Part shown: piece by piece, positions 1 through 9,200 of the stretch
Layout: each line of letters opens with the position of its first letter
Position numbering within the stretch: position 1 is the stretch's first letter
Source of the DNA: Thermoleophilia bacterium
GTDB lineage: Bacteria; Actinomycetota; Thermoleophilia; Gaiellales; JAICJC01
DNA length: 64,000 nt
NCBI GenBank assembly: GCA_025934255.1
Contig: JAICYJ010000007.1
Span: forward strand, 2,290 to 66,289
Direction: 5' to 3'
Notes under the pieces: generated by a model
Database searches by the model: none
What the model saw: only the letters and a program-made list of their open reading frames with translations
What the model was told of the DNA's origin: nothing
Position numbers and translations under genes: made by a program

Positions 1-1
1 C

Positions 2-451
2 TCTCCGGCCGCCGGCTGCTCGGCGACCACCCACGATCACATCCAGGGCGACGTGCTTGCCTGGGCGCCGCTGGCGATGATCTTCCACAGCAACCGCATC
101 GACGGGCGCATCCTGGTGGCCGCCGGTGGCGGTGGCGTCAACTGCAACAACGTGCTGTTCGGCGGTCCCGCCTTCAGCACGTTCGAGGACAACCGGGTCG
201 GCGGCAACATCACGGTGCGCTGGATGCGCAGCTGCTGGTTCGGGCTGTTCCGAAACCAGGTGGGCGGCACGGTGCGCGACTTGCACAACACGTTCGCCGA
301 CCCGGACGCCAATGAGGTGCAGACCAACACGATCGCCGGCGACCTGATCTGCCGCGGAAACAACCCCGCGCCGCAGCAGGGCGACTCCGGTGGTTTGCTG
401 AACACCGTTGCCGGCCAGAAGATCGGACAGTGCAACAAGCCCGGCATCTGA
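2..451 (+). CDS. C-terminal part of a hypothetical protein (open to left window edge), Gly/Asn-rich solenoid-like repeats
   Basis: Frame is open from nt 2 to TGA 449-451. The translation has short repeats (NRIDGRILV, NRVGGNITV, NQVGGTVRD). Codon usage is GC3-rich like the neighbours. No family recognised. Confidence 0.5.
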   Translation, partial: SPAAGCSATTHDHIQGDVLAWAPLAMIFHSNRIDGRILVAAGGGGVNCNNVLFGGPAFSTFEDNRVGGNITVRWMRSCWFGLFRNQVGGTVRDLHNTFADPDANEVQTNTIAGDLICRGNNPAPQQGDSGGLLNTVAGQKIGQCNKPGI

Positions 452-500
452 CAGCTGGGCTGACGATCATGAAGGGGGTCCGCGACGCGGGCCCCCTTCG

Positions 501-1268
501 TCATCGCTGGATCACGACCGGGGTGCCGAGGCGCAGGTGCCGGCGCAGCCTCGAGAGCGCCTGGGCGGTGACGCGCAGGCAGCCGGCCGACGCGGCCGTG
601 CCGATCGAGCCTGGTTCGTTGGTGCCGTGGATGGCGAGCTGGTCGCCGCCGCCCCAGCCGGCGGGCAGGTTCGGCTGGTGACCGGACAGGCCGAAGGCGA
701 ACCAGCCGAACGGCCCGGACGGGTCGCCGGTGGCGACCAGGTCGGTGACGTAGAACTTGCCCGTGGGAGTGGGGGTGGAGGGGGTGCCGATGGCGGCCCG
801 GAAGGCAACCAGCGGGTGGCGTCCCCGCATCAGCCACAGCAGCCGCTGTGACAGGTCGGCCTTGACCCAATAGGCGACATGGACGTGGCGGCGATCGGCC
901 ATGCGCACCCAGCCGGTGCGGCCGTTCGGCTTCCAGGTCAGGACGACGTGCGCCCAGCGGTGGTTGCGGGTGGTTGCCAGCGCCCAGGCCCAGCTGTGAG
1001 ATCCCAGCGGGGTGGTGGCGGCGATGCTGCCGCTGACAGGGCCGCCTGGCCAACGGTGCACGGCCGCGCCGGCGACGTCGATCAGCGTGAACCGAAGCGG
1101 CGCGCGGTGCGGCGTCGTGGCATGCGCCACGGTCAGCCGCGGCAGGATGCGCACGGCCGGACCCAGCTGCCTGGGCAGGGCGATGTTGCCGTCAGCGTGC
1201 TGGCCGGGGAAGCCGGCCAGCGCCAGGACGGCGGCGATCGGGATTGCGATCAGCAGCAACCTGCGCAT
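501..1268 (-). CDS. L,D-transpeptidase (YkuD-domain) with N-terminal signal/anchor
   Basis: C-terminal motif HGTNEPGSIGTAASAGCLRV matches the YkuD catalytic H..S-x-G-C-x-R signature. The N-terminus MRRLLLIAIPIAAVLALAG is hydrophobic. Confidence 0.85.
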   Translation of the reverse strand: MRRLLLIAIPIAAVLALAGFPGQHADGNIALPRQLGPAVRILPRLTVAHATTPHRAPLRFTLIDVAGAAVHRWPGGPVSGSIAATTPLGSHSWAWALATTRNHRWAHVVLTWKPNGRTGWVRMADRRHVHVAYWVKADLSQRLLWLMRGRHPLVAFRAAIGTPSTPTPTGKFYVTDLVATGDPSGPFGWFAFGLSGHQPNLPAGWGGGDQLAIHGTNEPGSIGTAASAGCLRVTAQALSRLRRHLRLGTPVVIQR

Positions 1269-1361
1269 GTACTCGCCATCGGCAGGCGCAATCCAGGCCT
1301 TTAGCCACCTCGCGGCAGAGCCGATACAAGCCCTGTTCCGTCACCTTGTGGGAGGTGTCAC

Positions 1362-1514
1362 ATGAAGCGCAACCGCTCGAGCGTCACCGGATTGGCCGTG
1401 TTCGCGGCCGCGCTGGCGCTGCCCGTGGCAGTGGCGGTGGTGCGCCGTCTGCGGTCGGGCGACTACACGACCAGCCCGGAGTTCCGGGCGATCGTGGGCG
1501 ACTACTTGATCTAG
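1362..1514 (+). CDS. small (50 aa) membrane/secreted protein, hypothetical
   Basis: ATG 1362 is preceded by GGAGG (1351-1355, 6-nt spacer). The translation MKRNRSSVTGLAVFAAALALPVAVAVV.. has a hydrophobic helix. Too short for the ORF track. Confidence 0.45.
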   Translation: MKRNRSSVTGLAVFAAALALPVAVAVVRRLRSGDYTTSPEFRAIVGDYLI

Positions 1515-1525
1515 CGGCTAGCTGA

Positions 1526-2182
1526 CTACGCCGGCTGCTTGGTGGTGCGCAGGTACGGCTTGACGGTCTTGTAGCCGGGGAACTTCTCGTCCGCCTCCTC
1601 GTTGGAGACGGCCGACGTGATGATCACGTCCTCGCCCTGCTGCCAGTTCACCGGCGTCGCGACCTTGTGCTTGGCCGTGAGCTGCAGCGAGTCGAGCACG
1701 CGCAGCACCTCGTCGAAGTTGCGGCCGGTCGACATCGGGTAGACCAGCATCAGCTTGATCTTCTTGTCCGGGCCGATCACGAACACGTTTCGGACGGTCT
1801 GGTTGTCGGCCGGCGTGCGGTCGGCCGGGTCGCCGGCGACGCCGCCGGGGAGCATGCCGTACAGCATCGAGACGTTGAAGTCCGAGTCGCCGATGATCGG
1901 GTAGTTGGGAGCCGTGCCCTGGGTCTCCTCGATGTCGGAGATCCAGCCCGAGTGCTTGTCGATCGGGTCGACCGAGAGGCCGATGATCTTGGTGTTGCGC
2001 GCATCGAACTCGGGCTTGATCTTCGCCATGTAGCCGAGCTCGGTGGTGCACACCGGCGTGAAGTCCTTGGGATGCGAGAACAGCACCACCCACGAGTCGC
2101 CGGCCCAGTCGTAGAAGTGAATCGGGCCCTCCGACGTCTGGGCCTCGAAATCGGGTGCTGTATCGCCGAGAGTAACGCTCAT
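1526..2182 (-). CDS. 1-Cys peroxiredoxin (Prx6-type)
   Basis: DFTPVCTTE peroxidatic-Cys motif, plus SVDPIDKHSGW and NYPIIGD blocks typical of the 1-Cys Prx family. Full length, 218 aa. Confidence 0.93.
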   Translation of the reverse strand: MSVTLGDTAPDFEAQTSEGPIHFYDWAGDSWVVLFSHPKDFTPVCTTELGYMAKIKPEFDARNTKIIGLSVDPIDKHSGWISDIEETQGTAPNYPIIGDSDFNVSMLYGMLPGGVAGDPADRTPADNQTVRNVFVIGPDKKIKLMLVYPMSTGRNFDEVLRVLDSLQLTAKHKVATPVNWQQGEDVIITSAVSNEEADEKFPGYKTVKPYLRTTKQPA

Positions 2183-2249
2183 TGTTCCTCCTGTAGGTAT
2201 ACACAGGGAAGTCTACTTGGGATCCAAACTCGGCGCATACCGGACCGAG

Positions 2250-3380
2250 TCAGCGTGCCGCGCGGGCGCGGGCCGGCGCTGCGACCAGCCACAGCACCTC
2301 CTCGAAGTACTCGCCGGCGCGGCGGCCGGTGCGACGGTTGACGTGCCGGGCGCTGCGGCTCTCGAGCCGGAAGCCCGCTCGCCGCGCGATGTCGTCGTAG
2401 AGCGCGCGCTGGTCGTTGACGACGATCGCGGCCGCAGCGTCGCGGCGCAGGTGGCGGCGAGTGTGGGCCAGCGCCTCGGTGATGCCGGCGCAGTAGGCGG
2501 CGATGGAGCGGGCGCTGGTGCCCTGCGCGGCTGCGCCCAGCTCGAGCTCGCGGCGGTCATCAAGGCCGAGCAGCTCGTAGGCGTAGCGGTGCTGCTCGTG
2601 GTAGTCGATCAGGCCCGGGTATGGGGGTGAGGTGACGACGCCGTCGATGCCGTCGGGCAGGTCGGCTTCGCGCGCGTCGGCGTGCAGCACCGTGGCCGGG
2701 ACGTCGCGGCGGAGGGCCGCGTACTCGGTCAGGCGGCGGACGGTGTCGGACGCGTAGCGGCGCAGGAACCGGGCGGCATCGCCGACCGGACGGCACTCGC
2801 GGCGGTGCTTGTGGCACCAGTATGGCTCGGTGACAGGGGCGCGGGTGTCGTCGAGCGCGTGGTGGGGGACGCGCCGGGCGGAGCGGGCGGCGCGGGACAG
2901 GACGATGCTGAGCATGTCCCGCTGGGGTGAGCCGTCCAGCGCGGCCCGGAACCCGGTCAGCTCGGCAAGGGCCCGGGGCGCGTACCAGCGCTCGAGCCAG
3001 GGGCTGGCGGGGTGGTCGCCGGGCGGCAGCGCCAGGGCGCGCTCCAGCTCGGCGGCGGCGGCCGGCGGGTCGGGCGGGGCCGATTTGACGGTGGCCAGGA
3101 GGCAGTTGAAGGCGGAGACGTCGCAGCCGAGCGCCGGCATGCCCTGGACGGTGGCCTCGACCAGGGTGGTACCTGAGCCGGCGAAGGGGTCGTAGATCAG
3201 CGCGCCGGGGGCGAACCGGCGGCGCAGCAGCACCTCGACCAGCTGCGGCGGGTACTTGCCGAGGTAGGGATGCAGGCGATGCACGTGCTTGGTGCGCTCG
3301 CGCTCGGGCAGGTCGGACTCCGACCAGGAAAGCTCGGTGTCGATCTGCGCGTACAGCTCCCGCTGAGTGCGGCCGGCCAC
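2250..3380 (-). CDS. DNA (N4/N6) methyltransferase, orphan; no nuclease partner in window
   Basis: AdoMet motif DPFAGSGTTLVEA and catalytic-type motif VVTSPPYPGLIDY lie about 185 aa apart. The start is taken as GTG at 3380, the first start codon after the upstream stop at 3410. The remainder of the 690-aa track ORF overlaps the upstream gene and is not coding. Confidence 0.75.
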   Translation of the reverse strand: MAGRTQRELYAQIDTELSWSESDLPERERTKHVHRLHPYLGKYPPQLVEVLLRRRFAPGALIYDPFAGSGTTLVEATVQGMPALGCDVSAFNCLLATVKSAPPDPPAAAAELERALALPPGDHPASPWLERWYAPRALAELTGFRAALDGSPQRDMLSIVLSRAARSARRVPHHALDDTRAPVTEPYWCHKHRRECRPVGDAARFLRRYASDTVRRLTEYAALRRDVPATVLHADAREADLPDGIDGVVTSPPYPGLIDYHEQHRYAYELLGLDDRRELELGAAAQGTSARSIAAYCAGITEALAHTRRHLRRDAAAAIVVNDQRALYDDIARRAGFRLESRSARHVNRRTGRRAGEYFEEVLWLVAAPARARAAR

Positions 3381-3409
3381 GAGGCGAGCGTACTTGGCTG
3401 CGCGGACGG

Positions 3410-5188
3410 TCAGGCAGCCTGCCGCAGATGCGGCCGCACCACGCGGCCCAGGGCCGCGACGCACTCGGAGTCGAACTGCGTGCCCGCGTTTCGCTCCAGC
3501 TCGGTCATCGCCGCGTCGGCCGAGCGGTGCATGCGGTAGGGACGGTCGGCGGTGATCGCCTCGAACGCGTCTGCCACCAGGATGATCCGCGACTCCAGCG
3601 GGATCTGGTCGCCCGCGAGGCTGTCGGGATAGCCGCCCCCGTCGATGCGCTCGTGGTGGTGCAGGATCCACCCCGCCTCGATCGGGCGCTCCGCAGCCGA
3701 CACGATCGCGTGCCCGAGCCGGGTGTGCGTCTTCATGACGGCGAACTCGTCGTCGGTGAGCGGGCCCGGCTTCTGCAGGATGGTGTCGGTGATGCCGATC
3801 TTGCCGACGTCGTGCAGCAGGCCCGCCAGCCGCAGCCGGCCGATCTGCAAGGCGCCCATGCCGAGCTCCTCGGCGATCAGCCCGCACAGCTCGGAGACGG
3901 TCTCGCAGTGGCTGTGCGTGTAGGCGTCCTTTGCGTCCACCGCCCGCGCCAGCGCGGTGGCCAGCGCGTCGGTGTGGCGCTGCTCGGCGGCCTGGTCGGG
4001 CGTGGACAGCGTCGGCTCCAGCGCCTCGTTGTAGAGCAGGCAGCGGCGGTGGCTGCGCTTTGCCTGGATCAGCGCCAGGTCGGCGCGGCGGATCAGGCCG
4101 TCGCGGCCGAGTGTCGAGCAGGACTCGGCGACGCCGCCGCTGGCCGAGACCGGCCAGGTCTCCGACGACGCGGTCATGTGGGTCTGCAGGTGCTGGACGA
4201 GGTAGAGGGTGTCGACGGCGCGGCGGTCGTGCACGATCAGCGCGAACTCGTCGCCGCCGATCCGGTAGGCGCTGGTGCCGGGGCCGGCCTCGTGCAGCGC
4301 GGTGGCGACGGATCGGATGCACTCGTCGCCGGCCTGGTGGCCGTGCGCGTCGTTCGTCTGCTTGAGCCCGTCCAGGTCGAGCAGTGCCAGCGACAGCTCG
4401 GCGCCGCTTTCGGCGGCGCGGTCGAGGTAACGCTGCAGGTCCTCCTCAAAGGCGCGGTGGTTGCCGAGGCCGGACAGGCTGTCGGTGAGCGCGGCTCGCT
4501 TCAGCCGCTCCAGCTCGCGCTGCCGGACGCGCTCCAGCCGCTCGCGGTACCGCATGGCCGCCGAGGCCGCCCACAGCAGCAGGATGCCCAGCGCGACGGT
4601 GATGACCGTGATGGCCATCACGACGCGCTCGCTGCGGCGCGACTGCGCGAGGCTGGCGAAGGCGGCCTCGCTGTGCTCCCGGCCGGAGCTGTTGAGGGTG
4701 GCGGCCATCGAGTCGAACAGCGGCTGCAGCCGGCCGTCGGTGAGGGCGTCGATCTTGATGATGTCGTTGGTCTGGAGGGTGGCGGGGAGCTTGGCGAACC
4801 AGGCGGAGGCGCTCTGGTTCTGGCGAGCGATGGTGGCGGCCACATGAACGTCGTGTGGCGATCCCTGTGCGCTGACGGTCGTCAGCGATTTGTTGAGCTC
4901 CGCCCGCGCCTGGTCGTACTCCCGGATGTGAACGGGTTCGTTGCGGAGCTGGTAGCGGCGGGCGGCCAGGTTCTCCTGAGCGATCGCGTGGCGGGCGTCC
5001 TGGAAGGCGTCGTTGATGGCGGTCAGGCGCTGCACGTTGTTGACCGATTGATACGTGGTGCGCGCGGCCCACACGGCGAAGCCGGCCAATGTCAGGATCA
5101 CAGCGGCGGTCACGGCGATGGCCGCGCGGCGGGTGGCGAGGATGTGCAGGACTCGTTGCATGGAAGCACGGGGCGGCATCGGAGCCAC
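3410..5188 (-). CDS. membrane-anchored GGDEF diguanylate cyclase fused to an HD-GYP phosphodiesterase domain
   Basis: GGDEF block (LDLDGLKQTNDAHGHQAGD..YRIGGDEFALIV) is followed by an HD-GYP block (HSHCETV..LLHDVGKIGI..HHHERIDGGGYPD). The N-terminus has a TM helix and a helical sensor-like region. The exact start is uncertain (alternative M at MQRVLHI). Confidence 0.9.
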   Translation of the reverse strand: MAPMPPRASMQRVLHILATRRAAIAVTAAVILTLAGFAVWAARTTYQSVNNVQRLTAINDAFQDARHAIAQENLAARRYQLRNEPVHIREYDQARAELNKSLTTVSAQGSPHDVHVAATIARQNQSASAWFAKLPATLQTNDIIKIDALTDGRLQPLFDSMAATLNSSGREHSEAAFASLAQSRRSERVVMAITVITVALGILLLWAASAAMRYRERLERVRQRELERLKRAALTDSLSGLGNHRAFEEDLQRYLDRAAESGAELSLALLDLDGLKQTNDAHGHQAGDECIRSVATALHEAGPGTSAYRIGGDEFALIVHDRRAVDTLYLVQHLQTHMTASSETWPVSASGGVAESCSTLGRDGLIRRADLALIQAKRSHRRCLLYNEALEPTLSTPDQAAEQRHTDALATALARAVDAKDAYTHSHCETVSELCGLIAEELGMGALQIGRLRLAGLLHDVGKIGITDTILQKPGPLTDDEFAVMKTHTRLGHAIVSAAERPIEAGWILHHHERIDGGGYPDSLAGDQIPLESRIILVADAFEAITADRPYRMHRSADAAMTELERNAGTQFDSECVAALGRVVRPHLRQAA

Positions 5189-5310
5189 GTTTACACATCA
5201 TCGTCAGGTAGCAGGTGATACGGGGATCCCCCGTATTGGGGAAGAGCGGGTGTTGCCTTGGGGGTATCACTGAGTGTGCGGTATTACCGATTCCACGCCG
5301 CCATCCCGAC

Positions 5311-5691
5311 ATGAAACGGCTCCTACCCCTCATCCTCGTGGTCACGTCCCTCGCGCTTCCCGCGGCGGCGCTCGCGACCCTCCAGGTGACGAAGACCCAC
5401 ATCGGCGCCAAGTACGCGGCGAAGACGGCGTCGGGCGACTGTTCGGTAGGCCGGTCGAAGCTGCTGGGGACGGCCACGCTGAGCTGCACCAGCGACAACG
5501 GCAGCGCCGCGGTCAGGTACGACTTCGCGATGCCGAGCAACTGCGGGCCGAGCTTCAAGTCGTACGTGAACGCCAGCGGCGATCGCTCGGTGACGGTGTC
5601 GCGCTCGGCAAAGACCGTGCACGTCCTCGTGCACTCCTCGGGCCGCGGCCTGGTCGTGGTCTCGCTGGTCAGCATCTACTACTACTGCTGA
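5311..5691 (+). CDS. secreted hypothetical protein
   Basis: Signal peptide MKRLLPLILVVTSLALPAAALA, then a Cys-containing beta-rich sequence. Start chosen at the internal Met of track ORF 5215..5691. Confidence 0.6.
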   Translation: MKRLLPLILVVTSLALPAAALATLQVTKTHIGAKYAAKTASGDCSVGRSKLLGTATLSCTSDNGSAAVRYDFAMPSNCGPSFKSYVNASGDRSVTVSRSAKTVHVLVHSSGRGLVVVSLVSIYYYC

Positions 5692-5705
5692 CCGCGGCTG
5701 AGCCG

Positions 5706-6371
5706 TCAATCGCGGCGGGCGGTACGCAGTCGCCGTGCCACCATGTCGGCGAACGGGCCGCCCTCGCGCTCGACACGGTCGGCGACCGCCTCCACGTCGT
5801 AGGAGACGCGGCGCAGCTCGACCCGGCCGTCGCTGATGATCGCCCAGGCCGCGCGCGGGTTGCCGTCCAGGGGCATGCCGACCGATCCCGGGTTGACCAC
5901 CTCGTGGCCCGCGACCGGCCGGCGGTACTGGATGTGCACGTGGCCGCAGAGCAGGGTGTGCTCGTCGACGCCGGCCAGCATCGCGGCCGCCTCGGACGCG
6001 GGCGTTTCCGGCATCAGCATCTCCTCGTCGCCGCGGGGCGTCGCGTGCACGAGCAGCCCGTCCTGCTCGGGTAGGGCGAGCTGGGCGGGCAGGGCTTCCA
6101 GCCAGGCGAGACGGTCGTCTCCCAGCGCATCCGCCCAGCCGGTGACTTCGTCCTGGCGGTCGATCACGTAGCGGTCGGTGTTGCCCTTGATCGCCACCAG
6201 CTGGTCGCCCAGCCCGCGCAGGCGATCGACGCACGCGGCCGGCTCGGGGCCGAACAGCACCAGGTCGCCGCCGAACAGCAACCGGTCAAAACCCTCGGCC
6301 CGGGCCTCGGCGAGCACGGCGTCGAGTGCCGCCAGGTTGCCGTGCACGTCGAACAGGACTGCGTCGCGCAC
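5706..6371 (-). CDS. metallophosphoesterase (YfcE/MJ0936-like)
   Basis: Motifs DVHGN, GGDLV, GNTD, LLCGHVH and NPGSVG are the calcineurin-like phosphoesterase signatures. GTG start at 6371 lies just before VRDAVLFDVHGN. Confidence 0.85.
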   Translation of the reverse strand: MRDAVLFDVHGNLAALDAVLAEARAEGFDRLLFGGDLVLFGPEPAACVDRLRGLGDQLVAIKGNTDRYVIDRQDEVTGWADALGDDRLAWLEALPAQLALPEQDGLLVHATPRGDEEMLMPETPASEAAAMLAGVDEHTLLCGHVHIQYRRPVAGHEVVNPGSVGMPLDGNPRAAWAIISDGRVELRRVSYDVEAVADRVEREGGPFADMVARRLRTARRD

Positions 6372-6379
6372 GGCTCGAC

Positions 6380-6589
6380 TCAGGCTCGGGCGTGCATCTC
6401 GCGCGCCAGCTCGGCACAGCGCGGACAGGTGACGTGCGTCTCCTCGCCGACCACGCCCTCGAGCCGCCATCCGGCCGGTACCATCGCCGCCTGCTCGCCG
6501 TGCTGCGTCGTGGTCGCGCCGCACCGGCACGTGTACACCGCACAGACGTACGGATAGGGTGCCTCGACCACCTCGAAGGCGACGCTCAT
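6380..6589 (-). CDS. small Cys4 (zinc-ribbon-like) protein, hypothetical
   Basis: 69 aa, MSVAFEVVEAPYPYVCAVYTCRCGATT..HVTCPRCAELAREMHARA, with a CxC..CxxC pattern. Its stop at 6380 lies 9 nt upstream of the phosphoesterase start. Confidence 0.45.
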   Translation of the reverse strand: MSVAFEVVEAPYPYVCAVYTCRCGATTTQHGEQAAMVPAGWRLEGVVGEETHVTCPRCAELAREMHARA

Positions 6590-6631
6590 GAGCACATCGT
6601 GACAGCAAGTACACCCTTCCCGCAAGCCCCG

Positions 6632-8062
6632 GTGCTGACCGATGACGTCGCCCGCCGGCGGCGGATGATCCTGATCGCGACCATCCTCGGGTCGTCGATG
6701 GCGTTCGTGGATGCGTCCGTCGTCAACATTGCGCTGCCCACGATCGGCCGCGACCTCAGCGCCGGCCTCGGCGCCCAGCAGTGGATCGCACTGTCGTATT
6801 CGCTGGCGGTTGCGTCCCTGTACATCGTGGCCGGCTCGCTCGGTGACCGCTACGGGCGCTGGCGGCTGTTCGTCGCGGGCGTTGCGGGATTCGCCGCGGC
6901 GTCGCTGCTTGCGGCGATCGCGCCCAACACCGCGATGCTGATCTCGGCGCGGGTGCTGCAGGGGGTGGCGGGGGCGATGCTGACCACCAACAGCCTTGCG
7001 CTGCTGCGGGCCACGTACGGCGCGGACAGCGGCCGTGCGGTGGGGCAGTGGACGGCCTGGAGCGGGATCAGCACAATGATCGGCCCGCCCGCCGGCGGCC
7101 TGCTCGTGCAGTACGCGTCGTGGCGGCTGATCTTCCTGATCAACCTGCCGGCGGCTCTGGTGGCCATCGCCGCGGCGTGGTACGGGCGCGACCGTGAGGC
7201 GCTGCCGGCGCAGCCGCGGCCGCTGCAGCCGGTGGGGGCGGTGGCGATCGCGCTCACGTTCGGTGCGCTGACGTACGGGCTGATCGAGGGCGCTCAGGTC
7301 GCATTCGCGTCGGTGCTATGGGCGTTCGGGCTGTCGCTGGCGGGGCTGGCGCTGTTCGTGGTCAGCGAGCGGCGCGGGGCGAACCCGATCCTGCCGCTGG
7401 AGCTGCTGCGTGCGCGGGTGTTCGTGGCCGCGAACGTCTACACCTTGCTCGTGTACGCGGCGCTGGGCGGGTCGAGCTTCTACCTGGCGCTGTACCTGCA
7501 GTCGGGTGCGGCCGGCTACTCGCCGTCGCGGGCGTCGCTGGTGTTCGTGCCGATCAGCCTGGTCATGTTCGTGCTGGCGGCCCGCTTCGGGCGGCTGGCC
7601 GACCGGGATGGGCCGCGGCGGTACCTGACGGCTGCGCCGCTGGTGATGTCGGTTGGCTACGTGCTGCTGATGTTCGTCACGTCGACGAATCCGCTGCGGC
7701 CGCTGCCCGGTGTGCTGGTGCTGGCGCTGGGGCTGGCGATGCTGGTGGCGCCGATCACGGCCACGGCGCTGAAGGCAGCGCCGGACGAGTTCGCCGGGAT
7801 CGCGGCGGGGGTGAACACGACGGTGTCGCGCCTGGGCGGGCTGATCGCGACGCCGGTGCTGGGGGTGGTGATCACGCTGGTGTTTGCCGCCACGGCAACA
7901 CACCACAACATCGACCCGTTCGCGAAGCACCTCACCTCCGACCAGCGCGACGCCACGATCACGGCCTTCCGGGCCGGCATCCTGGCCAGCATCGGGCTCT
8001 GCATCGCAGGCTCGGTGGTGGCCTTCGTGTGGCTCCCAAAGGCCGGCGAACCCCACCGCTGA
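6632..8062 (+). CDS. MFS transporter, DHA2 (EmrB/QacA-like, 14-TMS) drug:H+ antiporter family
   Basis: LGSSMAFVDASVVNIALPTIGRDL, LGDRYGRWRLF and ARVLQGVAGAM motifs, with many TM segments. Start is ambiguous (GTG 6599, GTG 6632, ATG 6665). Confidence 0.88.
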   Translation: MLTDDVARRRRMILIATILGSSMAFVDASVVNIALPTIGRDLSAGLGAQQWIALSYSLAVASLYIVAGSLGDRYGRWRLFVAGVAGFAAASLLAAIAPNTAMLISARVLQGVAGAMLTTNSLALLRATYGADSGRAVGQWTAWSGISTMIGPPAGGLLVQYASWRLIFLINLPAALVAIAAAWYGRDREALPAQPRPLQPVGAVAIALTFGALTYGLIEGAQVAFASVLWAFGLSLAGLALFVVSERRGANPILPLELLRARVFVAANVYTLLVYAALGGSSFYLALYLQSGAAGYSPSRASLVFVPISLVMFVLAARFGRLADRDGPRRYLTAAPLVMSVGYVLLMFVTSTNPLRPLPGVLVLALGLAMLVAPITATALKAAPDEFAGIAAGVNTTVSRLGGLIATPVLGVVITLVFAATATHHNIDPFAKHLTSDQRDATITAFRAGILASIGLCIAGSVVAFVWLPKAGEPHR

Positions 8063-8108
8063 GCGGTCCGAACCCCGGTGGCGTTCGCGTCACGAACCGC
8101 AACGACGC

Positions 8109-8280
8109 TGTGCCAGGTCCGTGTCGCGGTCCTTATCGGCCTCTGAGCCCTGTTCGCGGGCGAACCCGCCTTTCTCCACAGATCGTGGTCACGGAGGCTG
8201 TGACACCTGTCAGGGATCTGTGCCAGAGCGTCGACGGGGGCCGAGTCGGGCTCTGAGCCTCGTCTGGCGACGAACCGGCC
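8109..8280. repeat. imperfect ~62-nt direct repeat (period 110 nt) between convergent genes
   Basis: Units 8109-8170 and 8219-8280 share ordered blocks TGTGCCAG .. TCGG-CTCTGAGCC .. CGAACC-GCC. About two thirds of positions are identical by hand alignment. Confidence 0.4.
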
Positions 8281-8294
8281 CTCAATTGCAGGTT

Positions 8295-8513
8295 CTAGGG
8301 GATCAGGTCGATCCGAAACCGAACTCTGTTGTCCGACGTCGTCGACGTCCACCGCGGTCCCGCGTGCGAGGCGGTGTTGACCATCGCCGCGGCCGCCCGT
8401 GGCGGCCCGCCCGGCCGCGGGTAGATCGGGAACGACCGGTCGGGCGCCTTCGTGCCCAGGCCCGTCAGCAGCGCCAGCATCACCGCAACCACCGGGATGG
8501 CAATCCGCAGCAT
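8295..8513 (-). CDS. small secreted/membrane protein, hypothetical
   Basis: MLRIAIPVVAVMLALLTGLG signal-like N-terminus. The ATG at 8513 lies 4 nt after the stop of the upstream gene (8518). Confidence 0.35.
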   Translation of the reverse strand: MLRIAIPVVAVMLALLTGLGTKAPDRSFPIYPRPGGPPRAAAAMVNTASHAGPRWTSTTSDNRVRFRIDLIP

Positions 8514-8517
8514 CGCT

Positions 8518-9120
8518 CTAGAAGAGACCGACCACGTGCTCGGTGGCGGCCAGCAGCCGGTCGAGTCCCTCGTCGCCGATACCGATCCCCGGCAGGGCCA
8601 CGAGCAGCGCGGCGTCGCCCTCTTCGCTCCGTTCCACCTCGACCAGCAGATCCGTGTTCGCATTCATCAGGCTGATCAGGTCGTTGCCCACCAGCTCAGC
8701 GAAGCGGTCGTTGTCGACGTCCGACGAGGCGATTACCTGGTGGTGCTGGTCGAAGTCGACGTCCCCGGTCTCGCGCACGTCGTCGCGGCCGAGCAGCCGG
8801 TTCCACCAGTCACGATCGGACTGCTGCTTCGGGTGCACCGTCAGCCGCCGGAAGCCCGGGTCGTCGATCGGCACGAGGAACAGCGTGAACCAGCTGCCGT
8901 CGACGCCACCGCCCCCGAACGCGTCCGACACCGTCGGCGATCCCACCGAGAACTCATACAGCGTCGCGTCTCGGCCGAGCACGTAGCCTGCATAGCTGGT
9001 CGCGGCGATCCCCATCATGCCCTCGCGCAGGAGCGGTGTCGCGCCGTTGGGCTCCGACTCTGTCGGGGCGAAGTCGTGGGCGATAGCCCAGGCATCGGCG
9101 TCGGGAGCGATCTCGTCCAT
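8518..9120 (-). CDS. acidic hypothetical protein
   Basis: ATG at 9120 is preceded by GGAGG (5-nt spacer on the minus strand). The 200-aa translation is protein-like (MDEIAPDADAWAIAHDF..). No family recognised. Confidence 0.6.
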   Translation of the reverse strand: MDEIAPDADAWAIAHDFAPTESEPNGATPLLREGMMGIAATSYAGYVLGRDATLYEFSVGSPTVSDAFGGGGVDGSWFTLFLVPIDDPGFRRLTVHPKQQSDRDWWNRLLGRDDVRETGDVDFDQHHQVIASSDVDNDRFAELVGNDLISLMNANTDLLVEVERSEEGDAALLVALPGIGIGDEGLDRLLAATEHVVGLF

Positions 9121-9200
9121 TCCTACCTCCATCTGGTTGATGGGCAAGCATATGCGCTAGGCGGGCTATCCCCGGCCTGCGCTCTCTATCATCTCGCGCG

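Noticed and set aside
3428-5218. 596-aa plus-strand ORF opposite the GGDEF/HD-GYP gene
   Set aside because: Antisense shadow ORF (Arg/Gly/Val/Asp-rich, no motifs). The minus-strand frame carries intact GGDEF and HD-GYP signatures.
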